Notes under the pieces: generated by a model | Told to the model about the DNA's origin: nothing | Seen by the model: the letters and a program-made list of their open reading frames with translations, nothing else | Database searches by the model: none | Position numbers and translations under genes: made by a program | In this document: positions 20,188-29,269 of the stretch, piece by piece | Layout: each line of letters opens with the position of its first letter | Numbering within the stretch: position 1 is the stretch's first letter | Assembly: GCA_046754105.1 (NCBI GenBank) | Contig: JBHHVD010000029.1 | Span: forward strand, 1 to 33,616 | Reading direction: 5' to 3' | Length of the DNA stretch: 33,616 bases | Origin: Candidatus Krumholzibacteriia bacterium | GTDB taxonomy: Bacteria; Krumholzibacteriota; Krumholzibacteriia; WVZY01

Positions 20188-20352
20188 TGAGGACGACCGG
20201 CGGCCGCGAATTCCCCGCCCCCCGTGCCCCGATCCGGTGTGGCCCAAGACGCCTGGACCGGGATATACTCGCCCATCGTTTCGTGCGGCGTGTGGTGACG
20301 CCCTCTCGCCGATGGGCCCGCGCCGCATGCCGGGCTCCGGTTCAACCGTCGA

Positions 20353-21156
20353 ATGAAAGGCGCCGTGCAAGACCCGAACATCTCCCTAAGCCCCCGCCCC
20401 GCCCCACCCCACCACCCGGGGATCGTCGCGATGCGCGAGGCGCCCGAGAACACGCGGGCGGCGTTCGACCGGGCGTTGTCCGGTCCACTCGACGGCATCG
20501 AGCTCGACGTGCAGTTGACCCGCGACGGCGTCCCCGTCCTGCATCACGATCGAACGCTGGCCAGGGTCGGCGGCGGCCGGAAACGGATCGCGGACCATAG
20601 TTATTCGATGCTGCGCCAGAAGGATTGGGGTGGTTGGTTCTCGGAGGCTTTCGCCGGCGAGAAGATACTGAGCCTCGAAGAGGCGCTGCAACGGTACGGC
20701 ACGCGCACGCGGCTTCTCATCGAAATAAAATCGCGAACCCGCGATCGTGTGGGCGGTCGCTCCGCAGAGCTTACGAAACGGGTTCTCGATCTCCTCGAAG
20801 ACAACATCCCCGAGGAGAAGCGCAGTAATATCTTCGTGCTGTCCTTCGATCCCGAGGTGCTCGCCCTCGCCCGGCGGCAGTCTCCGGGATGGCGTTACGT
20901 ACTCAACCTGTCCGGGCCGCGCCCCGGCCTCGATGCGCATACCTCGCAATTTCTCGCCGCGCGCTGCCTTGCGGTGCGAAAACTCGATCGCGCCTTCGTC
21001 GAGGAGACACGCGGGGCGGGTCAACTCGTAATGACCTACTCGTGCAACGTTCCGGCGCAGGTGAGGAAGGCGGTCGGCCTGGGCGCGGACGTCGTCATGA
21101 GTGACCGGCCCGGCTGGCTGGCGAGACATTTGCAAAGGGGCGGAAATGATTCGTGA
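20353..21156 (+). CDS. Glycerophosphodiester phosphodiesterase family protein lacking the HRG motif
   Basis: APENTRAAF, GIELDVQLTRDGVPVLHHDRTL, IEIK and GADVVMSDRP are present. The N-terminal AHRG is absent. Confidence 0.85.
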   Translation: MKGAVQDPNISLSPRPAPPHHPGIVAMREAPENTRAAFDRALSGPLDGIELDVQLTRDGVPVLHHDRTLARVGGGRKRIADHSYSMLRQKDWGGWFSEAFAGEKILSLEEALQRYGTRTRLLIEIKSRTRDRVGGRSAELTKRVLDLLEDNIPEEKRSNIFVLSFDPEVLALARRQSPGWRYVLNLSGPRPGLDAHTSQFLAARCLAVRKLDRAFVEETRGAGQLVMTYSCNVPAQVRKAVGLGADVVMSDRPGWLARHLQRGGNDS

Positions 21157-22735
21157 CGGCGGTCGTCTGGCGGGCGCTTTCGACGTACTCGTTGTCGGTG
21201 GCGGTATCTACGGGGCGTGGACCGCCTACGATGCAGCGCTGCGCGGGCTCCGTGTGGCGATCATCGACAAGGGTGACTGGGGCTCGGGGACGTCCTCGGC
21301 ATCGTCCAAACTCATCCACGGCGGCCTGCGTTATCTCGAGCAGTTACGGCTTGGTCTGGTGCGACGTTCCCTGGACGAACGCAGGAGGCTCGCCACGCTC
21401 GCCCCGCACCGGGTGCTCCCCCTCCGCTTCCTGATCCCGGTGTACCGCGGGGGCCGTGCAGGATCTTTTCGCCTCAAGTTGGGACTCACACTCTACGACG
21501 CGCTCGCGGGCAAACACCAGCCGGTGGCGGCGCATCGAGTGATGGACCGGGCCGCGGTTCTGGAGGCGTTTCCATTTCTCGAACCGAACGGGCTGCGCGC
21601 GGGTTTCACATACGGCGATTGCGGGATGGATGATCACCGCTTCGTGCTGGAAATCATCGCGGGCGCAGTGGATGCCGGGGCGGTCGCGGTCAATTACGCC
21701 GAGGCCCTGGAGCTCCTCGCCGACGGTGGGGGCGTGGCCGGTGCCGTGGTGCGGGACGTGCCGGCAAATCAAACGATGGAGGTCCGCGCCGGCATGGTGG
21801 TCAATGCGGCCGGCCCGTGGGCCCCCTCGCTGGGCGTGAACTCGGCGCCCGCCGCGAGCGTTCGGCTCATAAAGGGGGTCCACCTGGTGATGCCGCCGCT
21901 GCCGACCCCCGACGCGATGCTGATCATGACGCGTGGGGGGCGCGTGTTCTTTCTCATCCCCTGGTACGGCCGGACCCTGCTAGGCACGACCGACACCGAC
22001 TACATCGGCGACCCGGACCGTGTGCACGTCGAAGAGGCGGACGTTGCGTATCTGCTCGACGAGGTAAACCGTGTGCTCGGTTCCGTGTCGTGGACGCCTT
22101 CTGACGTGCTCGCCGGGTTCGCCGGTATTCGCGCGCTTCGCAAGCGCCACGGCGGTCCCGCGCATCTCGTTTCACGCGAGTGGTCGCTGGAGCAACCCGC
22201 CCGCGGTTACCTGGTCTCGGTCGGCGGCAAGTTCACCTCCGCTCGCGCGGACGCTGCGTGTATCGTCGACCGCGTCTCGCGCGCGTTGGGCAGGGAGGCC
22301 GGATCTTCGACGACCGGCTCACGCCCCTTTCCCTGGAGTCCGGGCCGGGATCATTACGACGTCTGGCGAAACATCGCGCTCAATGAGGCCGCGCGTGCCG
22401 GCCTCGACGCCGACACGGCCGCTGCGGCAATCGGTCGTTTTGGCACCTCGATTGCGAATCTCCTGACGCGGATCGAATCCGGTCCCGCGCTGGCCGAGCG
22501 GCTCGTGCCCGACGCGCCGTTTTGCAAAGCGGAGGTCATTCACGCGGCCGAGCATGAAATGGTGCTGCATCTCGACGATCTGCTACGCAGGCGATTGCCG
22601 TTGTTGATCCTGGCCCGGATAGATCGCCGCACTCTCGAAGAGGCGGCGGCGCTTGCCGCGCCCGTGCTCGGGTGGTCGGCCGAGCGCTGCCGCGTGGAAG
22701 TCGACACCGTGGCCGGACGATGGAATTGTCGATGA
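21146..22735 (+). CDS. glpD: FAD-dependent glycerol-3-phosphate dehydrogenase/oxidase family
   Basis: DVLVVGGGIYG, GTSSASSKLIHGGLRYLE, VVNAAGPW, KGVHL, GTTDT, AGIRAL, SRE and GGKFT. Confidence 0.88.
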   Translation: MIRDGGRLAGAFDVLVVGGGIYGAWTAYDAALRGLRVAIIDKGDWGSGTSSASSKLIHGGLRYLEQLRLGLVRRSLDERRRLATLAPHRVLPLRFLIPVYRGGRAGSFRLKLGLTLYDALAGKHQPVAAHRVMDRAAVLEAFPFLEPNGLRAGFTYGDCGMDDHRFVLEIIAGAVDAGAVAVNYAEALELLADGGGVAGAVVRDVPANQTMEVRAGMVVNAAGPWAPSLGVNSAPAASVRLIKGVHLVMPPLPTPDAMLIMTRGGRVFFLIPWYGRTLLGTTDTDYIGDPDRVHVEEADVAYLLDEVNRVLGSVSWTPSDVLAGFAGIRALRKRHGGPAHLVSREWSLEQPARGYLVSVGGKFTSARADAACIVDRVSRALGREAGSSTTGSRPFPWSPGRDHYDVWRNIALNEAARAGLDADTAAAAIGRFGTSIANLLTRIESGPALAERLVPDAPFCKAEVIHAAEHEMVLHLDDLLRRRLPLLILARIDRRTLEEAAALAAPVLGWSAERCRVEVDTVAGRWNCR

Positions 22736-24120
22736 CGCCCCTCGCCGTCGCACTCGACCTCGGGAGCACCCGGATCAAGACCGGCGTGCTGGGTGATGCC
22801 GGCAACCTCGTCGACATCCGCTCGGCCGACGCGCCCCCGCTTGCCGGAACCGGGCTGGTTCGCGAATGCGACGCCCGAGAGTATATCGATACCTCCCGGC
22901 GGCTTCTCGAGCGGACGCTCCGCGGCACGGCCCCGGACATTCCGGTGGGCATTGCTTCGCAGCGGTCATCGTTCTTGCTGTGGGACGCCGCGAGCGGTGT
23001 CCCGGCCACGCCGTTGATCTCCTGGCAGGACCGCCGCGCCCACGAGTGGTGCCGGGCGCACGCGCGTTATAATGAAAGGCTCTCCCGCCGCACCGGTCTT
23101 CGATTGTCCCCGCATTATGCAGCCCCCAAACTGGCCTCACTGCTGGCGGCCGATGCTTCTTTGCGCCGGAACGTGGCTGCGCTCCGGTTCGGCACTCTCG
23201 AAACGTATTTCCTGTGGTGCGCCACACGCGGCCGGGTACATGAAACCGATGTCACCATGGCTGCACGCACGCTTCTTGCCGACCCGGTCACGGGCCGGTG
23301 GGATCCGGAATGGCTCGACGTGTTCAACGTGCCGGAAGGTTGCCTGCCGCGCATCATGCCGACGTGGGGGCGCGGTCACGAACTGGAGGACGGCGGTCTC
23401 GTTACCGCAACGGTCACCGACCAGGCGGCGGGGGTGATCGCCCTGCTTGCCACGACACGCCGGGGGCTCCTGGTGAATCTCGGCACCGGCGGTTTCGTAA
23501 CGGTTCCGACGGGAAAAAAGATGAAACGGGTGGACGGGTATCTTTCCGGCCCCCTGGTACGGGCCCCGGACGGGAGCACCCGCTATACGACCGAGGGAAC
23601 CATAAACGGCATCGGCACCTCGCTCTCGCAGGCGCCGCGGGTCGTGGGTGAGTTGGCAGCGTGTGATCCGCTACCCGGCGTGTTCTGCTCGCCGGACAGC
23701 TCCGGTGTCGGCGCCCCCTATTGGCGGGCGGATGTTCCGCTGGTGTTGTCACGCTCGCCGGACAGTATGAGCCCCTGGGATCACCGCCGTGTCATTCTCG
23801 AGGGCATTATTTTTCGTATCGCCGGTATCGTCGGCGCGCTTTGCCCGCGGCGACTTCCCGACGACCTGTTGCTCTCCGGTGGGCTTGCCGCCGAGCCATT
23901 CATCGCACGCGGCCTCGCAAGTTGCCTGCGCCACCCGGTGCGTGTCACTCGCGAGAAGGAATCCACTCTGCTCGGCGCCGCGCGGCTCGCCGCGGGCGCG
24001 GCTCGCACGTCAACTCCACCCGATGTGACACCCGTGTCTCCAGCGCACCCGAGTTATCTCCCTGAGAAATTTTCGCAGTGGGTGGCATGGATGGACCGGA
24101 TGCTGGCCGCACAATCGTAA
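22732..24120 (+). CDS. FGGY family carbohydrate kinase (glycerol-kinase-like, divergent)
   Basis: ALDLGSTRIK, SQRSS, ISWQDRR, TDQAAG, NLGTGGF, GAPYW and LLSGG. ATGA overlap with the glpD stop. Confidence 0.88.
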   Translation: MTPLAVALDLGSTRIKTGVLGDAGNLVDIRSADAPPLAGTGLVRECDAREYIDTSRRLLERTLRGTAPDIPVGIASQRSSFLLWDAASGVPATPLISWQDRRAHEWCRAHARYNERLSRRTGLRLSPHYAAPKLASLLAADASLRRNVAALRFGTLETYFLWCATRGRVHETDVTMAARTLLADPVTGRWDPEWLDVFNVPEGCLPRIMPTWGRGHELEDGGLVTATVTDQAAGVIALLATTRRGLLVNLGTGGFVTVPTGKKMKRVDGYLSGPLVRAPDGSTRYTTEGTINGIGTSLSQAPRVVGELAACDPLPGVFCSPDSSGVGAPYWRADVPLVLSRSPDSMSPWDHRRVILEGIIFRIAGIVGALCPRRLPDDLLLSGGLAAEPFIARGLASCLRHPVRVTREKESTLLGAARLAAGAARTSTPPDVTPVSPAHPSYLPEKFSQWVAWMDRMLAAQS

Positions 24121-24146
24121 CGGAAAAAGGGCGGTGACCCCGCGTG

Positions 24147-25244
24147 CTACCCGCCGGCGTTGCTCTCGACCGTTCCGCGTGACACCCGGAACCGCTGCGC
24201 GATACCCTCCCACTCGACCTCGACGGGCGAAGTGACAAAGATCTGGTGGGTGCCGTGGAGCTTTTCTTTCAACGCACCGCTGGCCGCTGGATCCAGTTCC
24301 GAAAACACGTCATCCAGCAGCAGGACACACGGTTCTTTGAGCACGGTTTCCAGGTACGACAATTCGGTCAGCCTCAGGAGAATTGCCACCAGGCGGCGCT
24401 GGCCCTGCGAGCCGTACCGCCTCAAGTCTTTTCCCCCCGCGTCCAGGCGCACGTCATCCCTGTGCGGGCCCACCAGCGTGGTCCGGCGCCGGGTCTCCTC
24501 GCTTTCTGCCCCGGCCAGTAGTGCTGCGAAATGTTGTTCGCCGGTCACCTGCTCCGGCCGGCCCTCGATGAGCGCTGATTCGTATTTCATTCTGACAGCC
24601 CAGGGAACGGAGAGCCCGCGGATGTTGGTTTGTAAGTGTTCATCCAGCGCCCGCAGCAGCTCCGCCCTGCGTTCAACCAGGGCACATCCGCGCTTGAGAA
24701 GATCCCCTGTCCACACACCGAACGCGCTCGCGAAGTCGCCGCTGCGCAGGGCCGCGTTGCGCTGCGCGAGCACCCGACGGTACCCTTTCAGCTCTTCCAG
24801 GTAACCGCGGTCGGTCATGCTGCCGACCATATCCATGAACTTGCGGCGCTCGGCGGGAAAGCCCGATACCAGAACGAGGTCCTGCGGCCCGAACAAGACA
24901 CACGGGTAGCGGCCGACCAGGTCGGAGAGCTTCTCGACCGGTTTGCCGTCGACCTTGATGTGCTTACCGCCGCCGCGTTCGAGAGAGACGGCGAACGTTT
25001 CGCGCGTATCATCCCGGTAGACGCTCGTGATCTCGAACCGGCACAACGGGTGCTCGAAACCGATAAGGTCCGCGTCACGCGTGGTCCGGAACGATCGCCC
25101 GAATTTGAGGAAATGGATGGCCTCGAGGATGTTGGTTTTGCCGTGGCCGTTCTGTCCCACGAGGATGTTGACGCCAGAGGAGAAAACAATCGACGCGTCG
25201 TCGAGGTTGCGTAGTTGCGTACTTGAAAAACGATCGATGCGCAA
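24147..25244 (-). CDS. recF: DNA replication and repair protein RecF
   Basis: GQNGHGKTNILEAI Walker A, ERRKFMD, QRNAAL, GPHRDD, GSQGQRR and LLLDDVFSELD. TTG start, downstream of dnaN. Confidence 0.97.
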   Translation of the reverse strand: MRIDRFSSTQLRNLDDASIVFSSGVNILVGQNGHGKTNILEAIHFLKFGRSFRTTRDADLIGFEHPLCRFEITSVYRDDTRETFAVSLERGGGKHIKVDGKPVEKLSDLVGRYPCVLFGPQDLVLVSGFPAERRKFMDMVGSMTDRGYLEELKGYRRVLAQRNAALRSGDFASAFGVWTGDLLKRGCALVERRAELLRALDEHLQTNIRGLSVPWAVRMKYESALIEGRPEQVTGEQHFAALLAGAESEETRRRTTLVGPHRDDVRLDAGGKDLRRYGSQGQRRLVAILLRLTELSYLETVLKEPCVLLLDDVFSELDPAASGALKEKLHGTHQIFVTSPVEVEWEGIAQRFRVSRGTVESNAGG

Positions 25245-25268
25245 GGGCTGTCCCTGGACGGGTTGCCG

Positions 25269-26378
25269 CTAGTCGTTGAGGCGCAAGGGCATGAGCAGAC
25301 AGCGGTTTTCCAGTCCTTCCGGTTCCGTTGCCGGTATCAACATGCCCGCTGTATCGTTGCGATCGAGAAGAAACGTTACGTCTTCCGAATCCATCGTCTT
25401 GAGAATATCGAGAAGATAACGCGCGTTGTACCCGATATCCATACTCTCACCCTTGAAATGGCAGTGTACTTCTTCGACGGCTTCTCCGACGTCCGGCGTG
25501 TTAACGCTGATCGTCAGCGCGTCCGACCCGACGGCCAGCCGCACCTGGTGTGTAATCACACTGGAAAGAATTGCCACCCGTCTGCAAGCTGACGTGAACT
25601 CCTCGCGGTTGACTACCAGTTCCTTGTCGTTACCCTTGGGGATCACCTGGCGGTAATCCGGGAACGGGCCTTCCAGCAAGCGGGAATAGATGATGCTGTC
25701 ATCGAGGTCGAATGTGATATGATTCTCCGCCAGGGATACACGAACTTCTTCTTTTTCCTCGAGCAGCGACCGCAGAAGGTTGAGCGCTTTCGGGGAAACG
25801 ATGAAGTTGCTGCCACCCAGGTCCTTGAAACTACCACTCAGCACGATCTTCGACAGCCGGTGGCCGTCGGTTGCGACCATTGTGAACGTCTCCTTGGCAA
25901 CTTCCCACAATACTCCACACAGGGCGGGCCGCGTCAGGTCGTTCGACACCGCATAGATAGTCTTGACGATCATGTCGTTGATCGTCTTCGTCGCCATGTC
26001 GAAAGTGGCCAACGCTTCCTGCTCCGGCAGGCGGGGAAACTCCTCGGCGCTTTTGCCAACCATTTTGAAACGGCTCTTCCGGCATGTAATGGATATCCTG
26101 TCCGCGCTGGCCTGGATGTCTATTGGATCCTCTGGCAGCGAGCGCACGATTTCAAAAAATTTCTTGCCCGGCACCGCGACCCGTCCTTCCTCTTTCACCT
26201 CGCACTCGATCACCGTTGTGAGCGATACGTCCAGATCGTTCGCGGTGAGGTACACTTTGCCTTCCTTCGCCTCCATCAAAAACGTAGAGAGAATCGGTAA
26301 GGACGTCTTGGTGGGGACCACCGCGGAAATACCCTGTAGCTTTTTTGAAAGCAGCTTCTGATCCAACGTGACTTTCAC
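25269..26378 (-). CDS. dnaN: DNA polymerase III beta clamp
   Basis: LPILS, ANDLDV, VATDGHRL, SRLLEGPFPDYRQVIP, IGYNARYLLD and LLMPLR. GTG start with GAGGAGG. Confidence 0.97.
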   Translation of the reverse strand: MKVTLDQKLLSKKLQGISAVVPTKTSLPILSTFLMEAKEGKVYLTANDLDVSLTTVIECEVKEEGRVAVPGKKFFEIVRSLPEDPIDIQASADRISITCRKSRFKMVGKSAEEFPRLPEQEALATFDMATKTINDMIVKTIYAVSNDLTRPALCGVLWEVAKETFTMVATDGHRLSKIVLSGSFKDLGGSNFIVSPKALNLLRSLLEEKEEVRVSLAENHITFDLDDSIIYSRLLEGPFPDYRQVIPKGNDKELVVNREEFTSACRRVAILSSVITHQVRLAVGSDALTISVNTPDVGEAVEEVHCHFKGESMDIGYNARYLLDILKTMDSEDVTFLLDRNDTAGMLIPATEPEGLENRCLLMPLRLND

Positions 26379-26426
26379 ACCCAGACCTCCTCAAAAATGA
26401 TTCGATAACCTCGCGTTGTGCCGAGC

Positions 26427-26455
26427 AGTATACGTCAAAAAAGACGCGCCTTCAA
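26427..26455 (-). promoter_or_regulatory. Sigma70-type promoter for dnaN-recF
   Basis: Minus strand TTGAAG-N17-TATACT. Confidence 0.7.
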
Positions 26456-26514
26456 GCCTTTTGTAAACGATGGGAGCCCGGGGCCTTGAGGCGATATTAT
26501 CCGTGTCACAGGTG

Positions 26515-26735
26515 CACTACAAACTAATACTAGTATTTAAAAAAGAAAAAAAGTAGTAGTAGTAGAGCATGTTGATATGTGGTTAATCTCTGGTTGTCTC
26601 TTGTGTGACAAACACTTCAAAGACGGTGCTGCTGTGCATTTCTCCGGGAATCTCTGTCGAAAACGAGTTGTTTATCCCCACATGCAGACCGGCCAACATG
26701 TATTCCACGGGACTTATCGACTCCTCTGGATAACT
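26515..26735. other. oriC: oriC unwinding sub-region: A/T tract, DnaA-trios and DnaA boxes
   Basis: A/T-rich 26519-26552. (TAG)4 trios at 26554-26565. Tandem boxes TGTTGATAT 26570-26578 and TGTGGTTAA 26578-26586. Further boxes TTATCCCCA 26672-26680 and TCTGGATAA 26725-26733. Most gene orientations diverge from this region. Confidence 0.88.
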
Positions 26736-26736
26736 C

Positions 26737-28098
26737 TCAGGTCAACTCCTTGCGCAACTGCTGCAGCGTTGCCTTGAGCGAAACATCACTCTCACTTTTC
26801 TCCGCAATCTTCTGGCAGGCGTGAATCACTGTAGTGTGGTCACGCCCACCGAAGCGCTGCCCGATCTGCGTCAAGGAACAGTGGGTGATCTCGCGGGCGA
26901 GATAAATAGCGACCTGGCGCGGGTAGGCGTACGCAGCGGTGCGAACCTTCGATTTCATGGCGTCTACGGGGACGCGGAAATATTGAGCAACGACTTTTTG
27001 AATTACAGCGATGTTGGACTTCCTGGGGCGACGAGCGATGAAGTCCTTCAAAACGTCACGGGCAATATCGATTTTGATATCTGTACGGTAGACGCTCGCG
27101 TGGACGAGTAGTTTGACGAGGCTTCCCTCCAACTCGCGGATATTGCTCGTCACGTTCTCGGCGATAAAGCTCAAAACGTCGTCGGGAATATACACATGTT
27201 CCTTCTCGACTTTCTTGCGCAGGATCGCGAGCCGGGTCTCGTAATCCGGAGCGGAGATGTCCGAGATGAGGCCCCACTCGAAGCGGGATACAAGACGCTC
27301 TTCAAGAGTAGGGATCTCTTTGGGTGGACGGTCGCTGGTGACGACGATCTGCTTGTTGGATCCGTGCAGCGCGTTGAACGTGTGAAAGAACTCCTCCTGT
27401 GTGCTTTCCTTGCCGGCGAGGAACTGTATGTCGTCGATCAGGAGAACGTCGACGTTACGGTACTTTTCCCGAAACTCGTGACTCTTGCCCTGCCGTATCG
27501 CGGAGATGAGCTCGTTCATAAACATCTCCGCGGAACTGTAGTGGATACGCAGCCGCCCGTTGTTTCCCAGGATGTGGTGACCGATGGCCTGCATCAAGTG
27601 AGTCTTGCCCAGGCCGACGCCGCCATAGATGAACAACGGATTGTAAACAGCTCCGGGTTTCTCGGCGACCGCGAGGCAGGCCGCATAGGTCATGCGGCTG
27701 TTGGCGCCCGCGACGAATTCGTCGAAGACGTACTTCGGATTGAGTTGTTCACCGCCGCTGCCGTTCTTCTTCTTGACGGTGGGCGTGCGCACGAGCTCCG
27801 GGCGGCGTGTCAGCAGATCATCGGGTGAATCGTTACCGTTGGCGAAGAGGACCTCGCGAGGCTCGTATTCGAGAATGTCCTTGAATACGTAGCGAATCTT
27901 GTCCTTGTGGTGCTCGGCGACCCAATCCATGAAGAACTTGCTCGGACATTCGATCGCAATCCTCTTGTCTTCGATGGAAGACAGGCGCATCGGTTTGAAC
28001 CAGGTCTCGAGAGTCTGTTTGGTGACCATCGTACTGACCTGGGTGAGAAAGTCCGACCAGATGCGGTCATAACCTCCGTCGCTGGGGGAGATAGACAT
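26737..28098 (-). CDS. dnaA: Chromosomal replication initiator DnaA
   Basis: YNPLFIYGGVGLGKTHL, LLIDDIQF, QEEFFHTFN, RLVSRFEWGL, NIRELEG and FGGRDHTTVIHA. Confidence 0.99.
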   Translation of the reverse strand: MSISPSDGGYDRIWSDFLTQVSTMVTKQTLETWFKPMRLSSIEDKRIAIECPSKFFMDWVAEHHKDKIRYVFKDILEYEPREVLFANGNDSPDDLLTRRPELVRTPTVKKKNGSGGEQLNPKYVFDEFVAGANSRMTYAACLAVAEKPGAVYNPLFIYGGVGLGKTHLMQAIGHHILGNNGRLRIHYSSAEMFMNELISAIRQGKSHEFREKYRNVDVLLIDDIQFLAGKESTQEEFFHTFNALHGSNKQIVVTSDRPPKEIPTLEERLVSRFEWGLISDISAPDYETRLAILRKKVEKEHVYIPDDVLSFIAENVTSNIRELEGSLVKLLVHASVYRTDIKIDIARDVLKDFIARRPRKSNIAVIQKVVAQYFRVPVDAMKSKVRTAAYAYPRQVAIYLAREITHCSLTQIGQRFGGRDHTTVIHACQKIAEKSESDVSLKATLQQLRKELT

Positions 28099-28229
28099 AC
28101 CCGTACCCTTCCTCGGTTGTCTAGCGCAGAGAGCGTAGAGACGTCACACAAAGGGCGTCGAGAGCGACAGTGAGTCCCGTCTCTGTAAACTGGCGGGGTC
28201 CGGTCACGGCCAGCCCCGGGTTGTTCTGG

Positions 28230-28460
28230 CTGTGCTTATCCACATTTGGGGATAAGCCGATAAACAATTGGCACAAAACGGCTTATGTAAATGCAAACGG
28301 CGAGCGGTGAAAAGTTATTCACAAGTCTCCCCGAGGATGCGCAGGCGTCTCAGGATGTAAGGAAAAAAGTATTAAAACGAAGATGTCACTCGACTGAGCG
28401 TTGGTGAAACTAGCAGAATTGGCCGATGCGGTTCAAGGTCAAAATAGAGTTACCCACAAC
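28230..28460. promoter_or_regulatory. DnaA-box cluster and putative dnaA promoter in the dnaA-rpmH intergenic region
   Basis: Perfect TTATCCACA 28236-28244 with inverted TGGGGATAA 28247-28255. TTATTCACA 28315-28323 and TTACCCACA 28450-28458. Minus-strand TTGAAC-N18-TAGTTT at 28407-28436. Confidence 0.75.
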
Positions 28461-28531
28461 ATTCCCCAACCACCTGAAAAATAGCAGGTTACACCGGTTT
28501 GACCGGTGGATTATTCGGGGAGACAATTCGC

Positions 28532-28560
28532 TTGACTTTGGTGGGGGCATGGGCTACCTT
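28532..28560 (+). promoter_or_regulatory. Putative sigma70 promoter for the rpmH operon
   Basis: TTGACT-N17-TACCTT. Confidence 0.6.
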
Positions 28561-28657
28561 GACTCATTTGAAGACCGGGCGGCCGCCAACAGGACGCATC
28601 GGACCAACATATTGATTTATTGGCAGTTAGAGCCCCTCGACCCACCGGAGAAACGCG

Positions 28658-28792
28658 ATGAAGCGAACCTTCCAACCCAAGAACCAGCGCCGGGCCAGAG
28701 TGCACGGTTTTCGACAACGCATGCGGACCAAGGCCGGCCGTCTCGTTCTGAAGCGGCGTCGCAAGAAGGGCCGCAAGTCACTCTCCGCCTAA
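28658..28792 (+). CDS. rpmH: 50S ribosomal protein L34
   Basis: Not in the ORF track. Manual translation gives [44 protein letters not shown] (44 aa). GGAG SD. Confidence 0.98.
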   Translation: MKRTFQPKNQRRARVHGFRQRMRTKAGRLVLKRRRKKGRKSLSA

Positions 28793-28825
28793 CAGGCCGC
28801 GGTGCCCCCGCAGTTGGCGAGTAGA

Positions 28826-29185
28826 ATGATGGCGTTACGCATTCTACAAAAACCGTGGCAGTTCCGGGACGTTTATCGCAATGGCGGCAAAGTCGAGGGT
28901 AAATGCGCGATCGTTTTTTATTACGGCGGCGGTGAGGTCGGAGTAGGGGCGGAATTTGGTTTTGTGGCCAGCAAGCGGGTGGGCAACGCCGTAGAGCGCA
29001 ACCGCGCGAAACGGCTCCTCCGGGAGGCGGTCACACACACGGCGGACCGGCTCGAGGCCGACCACCATTGGGTCGTCCTCGTCGCCCGAAGCGGTATACT
29101 TAATACGAGCTATCAGGGACTGCTCGCCGAGCTCGAGGGACAGTTCGAAAGGGCGGGCCTGCTGCGCGCCGGCGCGGAGTCATAA
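28826..29185 (+). CDS. rnpA: Ribonuclease P protein component
   Basis: FRDVYRNG and FGFVASKRVGNAVERNRAKRLLRE (RNR motif). Follows rpmH. Confidence 0.95.
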   Translation: MMALRILQKPWQFRDVYRNGGKVEGKCAIVFYYGGGEVGVGAEFGFVASKRVGNAVERNRAKRLLREAVTHTADRLEADHHWVVLVARSGILNTSYQGLLAELEGQFERAGLLRAGAES

Positions 29186-29192
29186 TTATCAT

Positions 29193-29269
29193 ATCGCCAC
29201 GGCGTCCGGACGGCGCCGTAGCGATTCACGGTCGGAACGGACGGCTGCGCCGTCACCCCGGCCGTGAAT
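29193..29269. repeat. Two tandem GC-rich inverted repeats between rnpA and yidD
   Basis: First repeat ATCGC-c-ACGGCG...CGCCGT-a-GCGAT (29193-29225). Second repeat ATTCACGGTCGG...GACGGC-tgc-GCCGTC...CCGGCCGTGAAT (29224-29269). Confidence 0.7.

Noticed and set aside
26655..26661. TGTCGAA Spo0A box within oriC
   Set aside because: Single 7-mer, and the gene content points to a diderm non-Firmicute. It also overlaps a degenerate DnaA-box-like sequence.
28305..28324. GGTGAA-AAGTTA-TTCACAA as a Rex operator upstream of dnaA
   Set aside because: The spacer is 6 nt instead of 4. It is better explained by DnaA box TTATTCACA plus a degenerate inverted box.
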